Source: Octopus sinensis
Taxonomy: Eukaryota
Direction of reading: 5' to 3'
DNA length: 64,000 nt
NCBI RefSeq assembly: GCF_006345805.1
Contig: NC_042998.1
Location: forward strand, 104,656,001-104,720,000
Every line of letters begins with the position of its first letter. Within the stretch, counting starts at the first letter, position 1. Below are positions 53,201 to 64,000 of the stretch, one piece after another. The notes under the pieces were generated by a model. It ran no database searches. It saw nothing but the letters and a program-made list of their open reading frames with translations, and was not told where the DNA came from. A program made the position numbers and the translations under genes.

Positions 53201-55206
53201 GCGCCGGGGAGAAGTCGCCGGGGCTGGATGGTCTGCCCTACGAGTTTTATCAAAGTATGCCGGACTTGTTCGGGGAAATACTGGCAGGCGTCTACGCGAA
53301 CTGGCAGCAGAACGGGAGAATTCCCAGTTCTGTAAGCCGGGGAGTGGTGACGCTAATCAAGAAAGACCCGAGCAAGGGGGATAACATTAGTAATTACAGG
53401 CCCATAACTCTACTTAATGTAGAGTTAAAGATTTTGGCCAAGGTGTTGGCAAAAAGGTTGACGACTGTCGTGGAGAAACTTGTAGGGAAAGCACAGACAT
53501 GTGCAATTCCAGGCAGGTCGAGACAGGACAATCTTCACCTTATACGCTACACCTTAGATAGGGTGGGTAAATTAACCGGCAAGGGCGGGGTAATGGTCCA
53601 TTTAGACCAAAGTAAAGCGTTCGATAGAGTAGACCATAAGTACCTGGCGACGGTCCTCGAAGCGGCTGGACTGGGCCCTGAATTTCGCGGGTGGATCTCT
53701 GCAATGTATAGCGGCATCAAGTCCACCGTCCAGATAAACGGTTACCTAACGGAACCGTTTTCGATTGAATGTTCAGTTCGTCAAGGGTGCCCCTTGTCAC
53801 CACTTTTGTACGTGTTGGCTCTCGAGCCATTGCTGCGAAAGTTGGAGAGGCTGGGAAGTAATCCGGATGAGATCGGAGGCAGGAGGACGGTTTCTGCTTA
53901 TGCGGATGACGTCACCCTCATCGTGTTCAATGAGGCTCAGCTACTTTGTGTAGAAGATGCTACCAGAGGATACGAGGCGGTGGCAGGAGCAAAAGTTAAC
54001 AAGGACAAGTCGATTGGCTTGCGCCTCGGCACCTGGAGGAGCAAGTCGATATCGTCCAGTGCCGTGGGACACCAGACAATTGGTCCTGTTAAGTTGCTAG
54101 GAGTTTGGTTTGGGCCAGACTCCCAAACGGAGAGGAATTGGAGTGAGGTGACGGGCAAGGTGGAGACCATAGTACGGACCTAGTCCGGAAGGTTTCTGTC
54201 CTTGAAAGGAAGGGCGGAGGTGGTACAGATGTTTATTGCATCTGTAATCACTTACCGCCTGACCGTTGTCCCTTGCCCCGATTCATGGCTTAGCAAGTTG
54301 GAGCGAATCCTTTTCCGCTTTTTGTGGAAGGGAGGAAAGCCACTTGTGAGGCGCTCCGTTTGCTGCCAGGAACCGTTAAAGGGTGGGTTAGGAATGCCTT
54401 GGTTGATGATGCGCAAACATGCGCTGAGGCTGAAGCATCTCTGGCACCACCTGGAGGGTGATAAGGTGTGGAGTCCGCTGGCAGGGGAATTTTTCCCGAG
54501 ACCGGCTTCCTTAGTGAATTTTAAACCCGGTTACATCAAAAGACGGAATCTGACTTTATGGCAAAAGGAGTGTCGACAGGCACTCACGCTGATCCACAAG
54601 GCGAGCAAGGCCGGCTGCGGAAATACCACCTCGGTATTTTATAGCAGGCTAGTAGAGGCAAAGAACGACGACGTTCTAGGAGGGGCTCTGGGGTTCGACG
54701 AAGACCAGCTTACCAACCTGTTTAAAAAGACTTTCAGGACGGGGTATTTGGATAATTTCCAAAGATCCCTGCCAGTGTTATAGGAATGCTTTACCTGTTC
54801 GCGAGAAGTTATCGCGGCACGGAATTTCAGTGCCACCGACATGTTCAAGATGCGGGTTGGACGATGAAACCGTCCAGCACGCTTTTGTACACTGTCGGCA
54901 GTTGTCAGACTGGAAGGAAGTGGCGAAAAAGGTGGGTGTCAGAAACCCAGTTTAACTATGGATGGAGAAGAGGAAAGGAAAGCTGCGGGGCCTTATAGGT
55001 TGCCGGGGTTTAATATATATCGGTAAGATTTCAATCTAATGTAATGTTATATTAGTCAATGCAAAGGACAATTTAAATACAGTTTTTTGTATAATGAATA
55101 ATCCATATATTTTGGAAATTTTTAAACGAACCACTTAACTGTTTTTTGTATGTATGTCCTGTATTGTTCTTCTATGTACTGATTTTATAATCATAATAAA
55201 GAATTA
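50243..55206 (+). mobile_element. full-length Tx1-clade LINE (ORF1 with zinc knuckle; ORF2 APE+RT), several frameshifts and stops, 14-bp TSD
   Basis: ORF1 50481-51355 (CFKCGEKDHVRSNC). ORF2 from 51872 (CVNVRG, DVAIVTES, RLVAVYAPN, GPGYWKLN, KSPGLDGLP, NYRPITLLN, DQSKAFD, VRQGCPLSP, YADD). AATAAA at 55195-55200. TSD at 50229-50242 and 55207-55220. Confidence 0.92.
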
Positions 55207-55431
55207 ATCGAAAACCGGTGATTGTCGTACGCTGATGACGGGTCAAGAACCAGAAACTACAGTCCGTGCATATCATTTAGGTTGACGCGGGAAGGATGAC
55301 CTCCCTTTGCAAATACCGAAAGGGCACAGAAAGTGTGCCTAAAGCCAGCTGGAGATGTTCTCCTGGGGCTACAAGCTACAGTAACACCCACCCTTAGTGG
55401 TAAAGCCATATAGTGATGGCAAATATACCTC
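55207..55431 (+). mobile_element. hammerhead repeat, right part of the interrupted copy
   Basis: rc of 49860-50072; ends with GGCAAATATACCTC, which also opens the copy at 50087-50100. Confidence 0.88.
55218..55276 (+). ncRNA. type I hammerhead ribozyme
   Basis: GTGATTGTCGTACG CTGATGA CGGGTCAAGAACCA GAAAC TACA GTC/CGTGCATATCA; GUC at 55262-55264. Confidence 0.65.
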
Positions 55432-55445
55432 GCAAATATATATCT

Positions 55446-55511
<66 letters not shown>

Positions 55512-55539
55512 CTCTCTCTCTCTCTCTTTATATATATAT

Positions 55540-55615
<76 letters not shown>

Positions 55616-55619
<4 letters not shown>

Positions 55620-55760
55620 AATCCAAACATGAAAGCACAAAGAGAAAGCACAACACGCGAGGATGTGGAACAAGTATAGTATTATTGGACGCTCAGATGA
55701 GAGCGAATATATATATATATGCATATATATATATATATATTATATATATATATTCTCTCT

Positions 55761-55793
<33 letters not shown>

Positions 55794-55930
55794 ATATATA
55801 TATATATTATATATATATATATAGTCAATCCAAACATGAAAGCACAAGAGAAAGCACAACAACGCGAGGATGTGGAACAAGTATAGTATTATTGGACGCT
55901 CAGATGAGAGCGAATATATATATATATATG
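55616..55930 (+). repeat. ~95-bp unit duplicated in tandem among (TA)/(TC) microsatellites
   Basis: AGTCAATCCAAACATGAAAGCACAA...GAGAGCGAAT at 55616-55710 and 55822-55915. Confidence 0.9.
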
Positions 55931-56011
55931 CATATATATGTAATATATATATATATATATATATAATATATATATATATGCATATATATATATATATATA
56001 TAATATATATA

Positions 56012-56042
<31 letters not shown>

Positions 56043-56653
56043 CATACACACGCACATATATTAATCAGTAATGGAAAAACAAAACAATAAATTGAACAAT
56101 TATAAATTCAATTCAATTTGAATATTTTATACAAACTAATAACACATCGCATAAATTACACCTGTTTCCGCTTCATAAATAAAAGGAAGTTTTTCAAGAA
56201 TAATCAAATCCGTTTAAATATGCAAGATGCTTCATCAGATTGACATATCGTTTTAAATATTTGATGAAAAATATCAAATGAAAATATTCATAATTCCTAA
56301 ATCTTTCCAAAGACGCTATATAAGAACGAGCTTAATCATAAATAAGTAAATAATTTAACTGAAATTTTGTAAATTCCTAACTTTAAATCTATAATTAAAT
56401 TTACCTATTGGAGTAACATTGTTATTGATATAGGTAATATAAACCAGTAAATTCTTTGGATATTTAATATCCCTTAAATGTAATTTACACGTAGCTAAAC
56501 TGTCATATATACACAGACATGCAGGAAGTAAATAGTCACGTTTAATTTTCAATATTTCTGAAATATGCGTCTTTTCATAGGTGTAGAATTTACAATGTAA
56601 TTATTATTTTTCATTCCAGGTGCCATTATATTAAACATTTGCGAAGAGTAACC

Positions 56654-57015
56654 ATGCCACGCACAAAAAATTCAGCAGAACTATCAGATTTTCAAAGAAG
56701 TCGTATTGTTGAGCAATCTTAGGCTGGTCTTAACCAGCGAAGAATTACCGAAAATCTTCAAATTCATCTTGCTACTGTTAATAGATTTATAGTGCAATTC
56801 AAAAGCCAAGGAAAAGAATCAACAGATTCTCGTCCCGGCCGACCTGGGCCCCCGGAAAGGAAGCTTCGCTGTTTGAAGAGAATTGTGGAAATTGAATCCC
56901 GTTAGAAGGCTTCTGTCATTGCAAAACAACTAAAAGTTAGTCTAAGAACGTGTTACATATCTGCATAAGCTTGGGTATTATGGACGAGCAGCTAGAAGAA
57001 AACCTCTTCTTCATT
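56654..57015 (+). mobile_element. Tc1 transposase N-terminal fragment, flanked by a direct duplication (~56165-56500 and ~57010-57305)
   Basis: MPRTKNSAELSDFQRSRIV..LATVNRFI..SRPGRP, then LHKLGYYGRAARRKPLL. Confidence 0.8.
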
Positions 57016-57312
57016 AATAAAATGAAGTTTTTCAAGAATAATCAAATCCGTTTAAATATGTAATGATGATTCATCAGATTGACATATCTTCTTAAATATT
57101 TGGTGAAAAATATCAAATGAAAATATTCACAATTTCTAAATCTTTCCAAAGACGCTATATAAGAACGAGCTTAATCATGACTAAGTAAATAATCTTACTA
57201 AAATGACCTATTGGAGTAACATTGTTATTGATATAGGTAATATAAACCAGCAAATTCTTCGGATATTTAATATATCCCTTAAATGTAATTTACACGTAGC
57301 TAAACTTACATA

Positions 57313-57426
<114 letters not shown>

Positions 57427-57595
57427 TAAGAAAGTTGTTTGGTAAAGCACGTGGGTGAATATATAAGAAAAAGTAAAGTGTGAAAAAACGACAGAAGGCT
57501 TAAATGTTAAAAAATATATATTTGTGTCAAAATGTCTGGAGAATATTGGAAAAATTTTTTTCCTTTCCTTAAAATGACATAATTTTAAAATTTTA

Positions 57596-57634
57596 AAGAA
57601 ATACCGGTTTCGCGTGTAGCTTTTCAAATTTCTT
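57596..57634 (-). ncRNA. minimal hammerhead, left-arm copy, 1 nt shorter at the cleavage site
   Basis: rc: AAGAAAT TTGAAAA GC TACAC GC GAAAC CG GTA TTTCTT. Confidence 0.45.
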
Positions 57635-58827
57635 GTGACGTTATGTTTATATGTATGGAATTATCGTTGTTTTTATTTCCAGGAGATTTCTAAATAAGGG
57701 GAGGTAGTGAGTGATTTTTTCCGGTGTAGGGGAGATAATCGCTTAAAAAATTTTTTTCCCATTTCCTTGTTAATTCTCTGTGTCAGTATGTTCGGATGGT
57801 TGAGTCTGGGTTTGTACTTTTCAATGAAGAATGTTCCTTGTTCAGTCTCATTGTGTTGTGATCGAAAGCACATTGGTAAAATGGGAAGATTAAAAATTGT
57901 GGCAGTAGTTGCTTTGCGCATTTCTCGATGTGCTCACTAAGAGGTATCATTCTATATTCTGGGAATGCAATCTGTTGTCGATGCAGTGTGCATCTGCGCC
58001 TGAGTGATAGTCCCGTGGAACCCACGTAGTCTTGGTGGCAGCCCGAGCATTTAATAACATAAATTATGTTTTCAGAGGCACAAGTAAAGTTAGATTTGAT
58101 CTTAAATTTCTGTCCCTCTTTAAAGAAGAATTCTGATCCTTCCAATAGGTTAGGACATGTTGCACAGTTCGATCTACCACATTTTTAACTTTTGCATCCG
58201 TAATTTTAGAAGACAATTTTGCCTTTGTGAGAATCCAAAGTTGTCTTCTAAAATTACGGATGCAAAAGTTAAAAATGTGGTAGATCGAACTGTGCAACAT
58301 GTCCTAACCTATTGGAAGGATCAGAATTCTTCTTTAAAGAGGGACAGAAATTTAAGATCAAATCTAACTTTACTTGTGCCTCTGAAAACATAATTTATGT
58401 TATTAAATGCTCGGGCTGCCACCAAGACACGTGGGTTCCACGGGACTATCACTCAGGCGCAGATGCACACTGCATCGACAACAGATTGCATTCCAGAATA
58501 TAGAATGATACCTCTTAGTGAGCACATCGAGAAATGCGCAAAGCAACTACTGCCACAATTTTTAATCTTCCCATTTTACCAATGTGCTTTCGGATCATCA
58601 ACACAAATGAGACTGAACAAGGAAACATTCTTCATTGAAAAGTACAAACCCAGACTCAACCATCCGAACATACTGACACAGAGAAATTAACAAGGAAATG
58701 GGAAAAAAAATTTTTTAAGCGATTATCTCCCCTACACCGGAAAAAATCACTCACTACCTCCCCTTATTTAGAAATCTCCTGGAAATAAAAACAACGATAA
58801 TTCCATACAATATAAACATAACGTCAC

Positions 58828-58867
58828 AAGAAATTTGAAAAGCTACACGCGAAACCGGTAATTTCTT
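58828..58867 (+). ncRNA. minimal type I hammerhead with U3-A8 core
   Basis: AAGAAAT TTGAAAA GC TACAC GC GAAAC CG GTA/ATTTCTT: 7-bp stem I, 2-bp stem II and palindromic ACCGGT stem III. Confidence 0.6.
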
Positions 58868-59023
58868 TAAAATTTTAAAATTATGTCATTTTAAGGAAAG
58901 GAAAAAAATTTTTCCAATATTCTCCAGACATTTTGACACAAATATATATATTTTTAAACATTTAAGCCTTCTGTCGTTTTTTCACACTTTACTATTTTCT
59001 TATATATATATATATTATATATA

Positions 59024-59059
<36 letters not shown>

Positions 59060-60029
59060 TGTATGTATGTATGTATGTATGTATGTATGTATACGATAAG
59101 ATAAAATTGTTGCCTCTTATTATGGAGACAAAAGGGTTTATAAGACTGCAAAAAAGAAGTGCTCAAAAGAAATCGAGACAAAGATAAAAAAAAACATTGA
59201 TTAGACAACAAACATCAAATTCGAGTCAACGACTTTATATAACACCACGCTTCCATACATTTGACCATATATAAATATTACCATCGCCTTTAACATATAA
59301 CGAATACATATATAAAAACACAGAAAGTAAAATTATATATGCTATTAAAAATACAAATATATAGAACGTCCTATCAAGAAGGTGTATACAATAGACTAAA
59401 AATTCTAAAGCGTGTCATGCGAATAAAAATCTAATTAAAATAAAATATCAATCGACTAAAAAATGTTCTTACTCCCCTCAATTAGAAATGTATTAAAAAA
59501 TTTTATTTCATAAAACCAATGTAGGTTGGAGTCCAGGAGCGTAAAAAAGTTCCACAAAAAATCAAGTCAAGCACATTTATGGATACTTCGGGAGTTAACT
59601 GCCGCTGTTCGATTACGAGTTAAGGTGCATCTCGAGAATGACCCCCCACCTCATCAGGATGAACAGGAATTTCAATAATTAGTCGTCCGACAAATTGTGA
59701 ACGACTTATATGTATAGCCTTTCCGGAAATGAAGGACATATACATCTGTGTTCGTTTGTGTTTCCTTTCTTTTATGTTTTACTTAAATTTGTGGGGAATT
59801 TATGTATGCATGCGGTGTGTCTAGGGATACAATATGTGTGGGAGTTTATATTGGGGATGTTGGAAAAAAGACTATTGAGTAGTTGTCCTCTTTACTGGGT
59901 TGTGTATGTTAGTCTATGTGTATGTGAGTGAGTTAGTCTACGTTCTGGTCGAACTCTTTGAGGGACTCCTAGGTATTGGGGGGGGGTGAAGTTGGGGGAA
60001 CAGTAATTATATTTATAATGGGGCTCACA

Positions 60030-60450
60030 GTTATGATAGAATATACCTCCTTCTATGTGGGCAAGGGTTTAAAATTCCACTTCTCCTATTCAGGTAAATG
60101 TCTAGGAATTCGCTCTTTTCTCGGTCACGCATAACCCGCACTGTCTGCTGGTATTGAAATACGCTTTACATTTTTCCGGAATTTTCCACTGTATGCTGTA
60201 CTCGATGGCGCTTTTTTCAATGACCATATGTGCTTGGCAGGGTTGTGGCGTTACGTCTCTCCAGGAGGTTATAATAACGGATTATGAAGGGTCCTTCCGT
60301 TGCTTCCACGTACTTTCGCACGTTTGGTTGCCAGTTTGGTCCACCTGCTGTTACGTATGTCTCTTGTGCAACGGTCTCTGTATTACAGTGGCCTCTGTCT
60401 CAAGTATGGGCCAACTTACTAAAATATTTTTTACATTGGGTGCACAGCTA
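60030..60450 (-). mobile_element. Penelope-like GIY-YIG fragment
   Basis: rc reads RKYVEATEGPFIIRYYN, NATTL, KHIWSLKK..IQWKI and CGLCVTEK across frameshifts. Confidence 0.75.
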
Positions 60451-61149
60451 AAGGAAATTCTCAGGGTGTGCCAATTAAATATTCTGCTGAAGCTATATGT
60501 ACATGGAAAATGCTTATCTGCGAAGTGCAAGAAAATCTCATCTTTTTGGGTTTTAACACTTAAAGAGAAGAGTGGCGCTTTCTCTTGGAGAGGATAGGTG
60601 CTAGCATATTTGATGAAGACAGAAGAAAGAACAACATACAGGTGTATTAGTTTAACGCTCTGGAAGAATGGAAAAGTCTTCGGTGTTTCCAGCCTACACT
60701 CTTCTATGTATACATTTATCAGTGTATTTATATCTGTGTATAGTATACACTTGAATATTACAAATTCAAAAATGATAATTACACAGATATTCATATGTTG
60801 CATATATTTGTGTGATTATTATTTTTGAAATTGTAATGTTCATGTGTATACTATGCACAGGCATATATTTTGAATACTATCATTCTTCGTTAAAGTATTA
60901 TCTCAAATACCTCATCTCTAATTTTGCTGGGTCACATTAACTGGTCATTTACATTTAATCATACAACCATTCATGTTTTCATGGTTTATAGATTATAGAT
61001 TACAGATATAATTTCTTCCATAGTAAAAGAGAGCTAAATATGTAGTGATAAAAAGAAATATGGTGCAGACTAAAAGACCGTGGGATTGCTCCTAGCAAGT
61101 CATCTACCGAAACACAAGTCTAGGTGAGATTTTTTTTCTGAAAATCAGC

Positions 61150-61385
61150 AGTCGCCCATGCATACAGCCTCTCCTTTCCACTCCACTGATGTTATCCAAG
61201 GGAAACGCAAAGGCCAATACAGTTTAGCGCAAGTGCTGTCGCATCTCATTTCAACAGCAAAGGGAACTGGAACAATGTGAAGTATAGTGTCTTTCTCAAG
61301 AACTTGAACACAGACCGTTCCGAGAATTGAACTCATTACCTCATGATTGTGAGCTGACGATCATACCGCTGAGTCATATGCCTTC
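61150..61385 (-). mobile_element. decayed SINE; another decayed SINE at ~61560-61735
   Basis: Similar to 30130-30260 and to 41870-41990, respectively. Confidence 0.55.
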
Positions 61386-61414
61386 ATGAAGATTAATTAT
61401 GTAAAAATACTTAC

Positions 61415-61462
61415 CAACCACCCGGTTAACACTGTTCGGTACATCACACGGTGCTTTAATCA
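61415..61462 (-). CDS. candidate upstream exon of the module gene: xIKAPCDVPNSVNRVV(G)
   Basis: ctctttatatttttgcag|TG ... TTG|gtaagt, 48 bp, phase 1-1, in unique sequence between SINEs. Linkage to the array is inferred. Confidence 0.55.
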
Positions 61463-62026
61463 CTGCAAAAATATAAAGAGTTGGGTCTCATTATATCATT
61501 TAAATAACAATTTTATGCTTAAACCCATTTATTTATACTTAACATGATTTCATTCCAATATTCTTTCTAATTTTAGAACAAGGTCAGAAATTGGCTGGGA
61601 ATGGGGAAGTTGATTAAAACGGCCTTAGTACTGAACCTGTACTGATTTTTATCGGAAACGAAACGTCGATGGACAAAGTTTATTTCGGCTGTATTTGAAC
61701 GCAGAATGTAAATTGCCGGAAGAATTTCAATATCGATAACTCTTACAATGTAGGGGCGTTTACGTAGATCCTAAAAGAACAGTTGCAACATTCCCATATG
61801 AAACATTAATTTCGAGTGACTTCCTGTAAAATTTCCATTTTATAGGAGAGATGTAAATGAAGAGTTGTGGTGTTTAACTGCTCCCACGATTATAATAATT
61901 ATTAGTGAAATCAGCTCGAGTTTTCAAGGTAGAATCAGGGAGAGAAATTTGCACGCTAGCACCACTATTCTCTTATATCGCGCCTCTCACTCTGTTATCG
62001 CTCTCTCTATCTCTCTCTCTTTCTTT

Positions 62027-62060
<34 letters not shown>

Positions 62061-62109
62061 CTAACTGCATATCTGTCTGTCTGCTCCTTTCTGTATCTAT
62101 CTATCTATA

Positions 62110-63120
62110 TAAGAGTGTGATGATAGATGATGTTCGATCAAGCGCAGCAAGAGTCATCAGTGGAGTCCCATAAGGTACTGTATTTGGCCCACTTTTTTTT
62201 CATTATTTATATCAATTGCATCATTGGCGTTCATCAATTGCAATATTAGAACTTTTGCGGATGACTAAGATTCTGAAAGTCGTCGACCGAGCAGGAGAGC
62301 GGACAAATCTCCAACTGGCTCACCTCGATAATAACCCGATGGCAGTTAAACACAATATGCACTTAAACAAAAGTAAATTTGAATTAATCCATCTCCTTAA
62401 AGAGACTGCGCTTTAGCTATTATACATTCTTCTCTCGAGCGAAAACCTCGTGACACCAAACACCTCTGGAGGACCCACATCAACAGCAAATCCGACACTA
62501 CTCGCAGGGCGAGCTCCTGGAACCTCAAGACCTTTCAGTCTAGAGACGCTGTTACATTATCCTTCCATTCTCCCTTATTCTTCTCTATATTTGCCCGCCC
62601 TTATCTTGAATACTGCTGCCTGCAGACTAATCACAAGGAAAATACACATGACAGATCTTGATTATTGTAATCGTATAGAGGAATACAAACTTTGTTCCCG
62701 CTAACGCTGCCGTGAAGACTATATCATTTCTATGATGTAGTATATACTCCAATAGTTCTGCACAAATGATGATGACATCAGCTTAAAACGTCAATCAAGG
62801 GTGGGACCCCGTTCCAACTATCTTCTACAAAAATCATGCACGCGTCACATCATAACGCTAAAACAGAACTATTTCACATCAACTAGCCCTGCTCTCTTAA
62901 ACTTCATACCAAGATACATAAGGGAACAAGAAAAATATCTCATAACATTCTAAAGTGTGCTGAACGACTATCTCTTACAAATTCCAGGAAAACCACCTAC
63001 AGCAGAACATATCTCTGTAAATAATAACTCTTTATTTATTCGAATGTGCTATGGTTCCCTAAGTATATTTTTTCCAGGTGTTGATAGTAAGGCAGACATA
63101 GCCTGTATCAATTCTGGCCG
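62110..63120 (+). mobile_element. decayed CR1/L2-group LINE RT fragment
   Basis: VISGVP*GTVFGPL, RTFADD, MHLNKSKFELI, PYLEYCC. Confidence 0.75.
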
Positions 63121-63405
63121 AAACTTACCAAAGTATATGCATACAAACATATATACCTACATACACATATACACATATACAATAATCACACGACTATCTC
63201 GGGTGTTACCTTTGAAGAACCCTAGCGATAGGTGAAAATCTGTGAAATAGAAACAGTATTGTAGTGTATAATTTTTTATTATTTTTATAATTTGTATATA
63301 TATATATTATTATAAATGCAAAACAAACCGCAGAGGAATCGATGTAAACTTAAATAAGAAACTGCATGCTTAAATAATGAACGGCGATATGGCGAGAGAT
63401 TACTG

Positions 63406-63470
<65 letters not shown>

Positions 63471-63930
63471 GCATAAATGCATATATTGTCGTTCAGTGCT
63501 CGAAATGAGTAGATAGACATCCAACAAATGATGAAGGGTCGTTTTTTTTTTATATTACTTGTCCTGTTTTCCAATTGTCTCTCTCGTTGTTTGCGTATTG
63601 AACTCATTTGTTTTCTTATTTAATGTTGTTTACTGTTGTTGATGTCCTGTAGCCATAAATGTACACACACACACACACACATATATATTATATATATATG
63701 CATAAATGCATATATTGTCGTTCAGTGCTCGAAATGAGTAGATAGACATCCAACAAATGATGAAGGGTCGTTTTTTTTTTATATTACTTGTCCTGTTTTC
63801 CAATTGTCTCTCTCGTTGTTTGCGTATTGAACTCATTTGTTTTCTTATTTAATGTTGTTTACTGTTGTTGATGTCCTGTAGCCATAAATGTACACACACA
63901 CACACACACACATATATATTTATATATATA
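63471..63930 (+). repeat. 229-bp tandem duplication
   Basis: Units start at 63471 and 63700 and are near-identical outside the microsatellite. Confidence 0.95.
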
Positions 63931-64000
63931 TGCATATATATGCATATATTTCATTAAATCGTTATATGTAATTTTTCTGCCCATTTCAACAGAAGTTGTC

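Larger units (their letters stand above)
57461..59005. mobile_element. ~1.5-kb palindrome of two diverging Penelope-like (Neptune-type linker) 3' ends encoding GIY-YIG
   Basis: Arms pair about 58228.5 (58216 with 58241). They encode KCGRSNCATC and IIYVIKCSGCHQDYVGST..RCTLH. Confidence 0.92.

Noticed and set aside
59590-59670. CTGATGAG on the minus strand near a Penelope 3' region, a possible hammerhead
   Set aside because: It has GAGA instead of GAAA, a poor stem II and an out-of-register stem I; at best a decayed motif.
61748-61823. Minus-strand segment with good acceptor and donor sites as a signal-peptide exon candidate
   Set aside because: Stops in all three frames; the alternative donor gives the wrong phase.
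63490-63545. GCTCGAAATGAGTA...ATGATGAAGGGTC hammerhead-like words
   Set aside because: No consistent stems can be drawn.

Overview
AT-rich, repeat-dense eukaryotic (metazoan) DNA. The tRNA-derived SINEs and very dense (TA)n/(AAT)n/(TATC)n microsatellites look like Octopus; this is inference from recalled repeat sequences and was not searched. Most of the window is decayed mobile DNA: Penelope-like fragments, a Chapaev3-like transposon, mariner and Tc1 fragments, a Gypsy 5' end, CR1/L2-group LINEs, a Helitron helicase half, R4/Dong-type LINEs stacked in (TAA)n, Tx1-type LINEs, SINEs and a MITE. Three things stand out. (1) A minus-strand host gene, not called as a gene by the ORF track, has a tandem array of phase-1 exons (five of 123 bp, one of 111 bp, one degenerate of 99 bp, and a 48-bp upstream exon). 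The 123- and 111-bp exons each encode a C-x5-C-x12-C-x4-C module. Paralogous exons differ almost only by amino-acid-changing substitutions while nearby introns are nearly identical, which suggests diversifying selection. (2) A ~350-bp circularly permuted repeat carries a minimal type I hammerhead ribozyme, and a full-length Tx1 LINE has inserted into one copy with a 14-bp target-site duplication immediately 5' of the ribozyme. (3) A ~1.5-kb palindrome is built from two Penelope 3' ends, whose termini carry a hammerhead with a U3-A8 covariant core. All comparisons were made by eye; no database searches were run.
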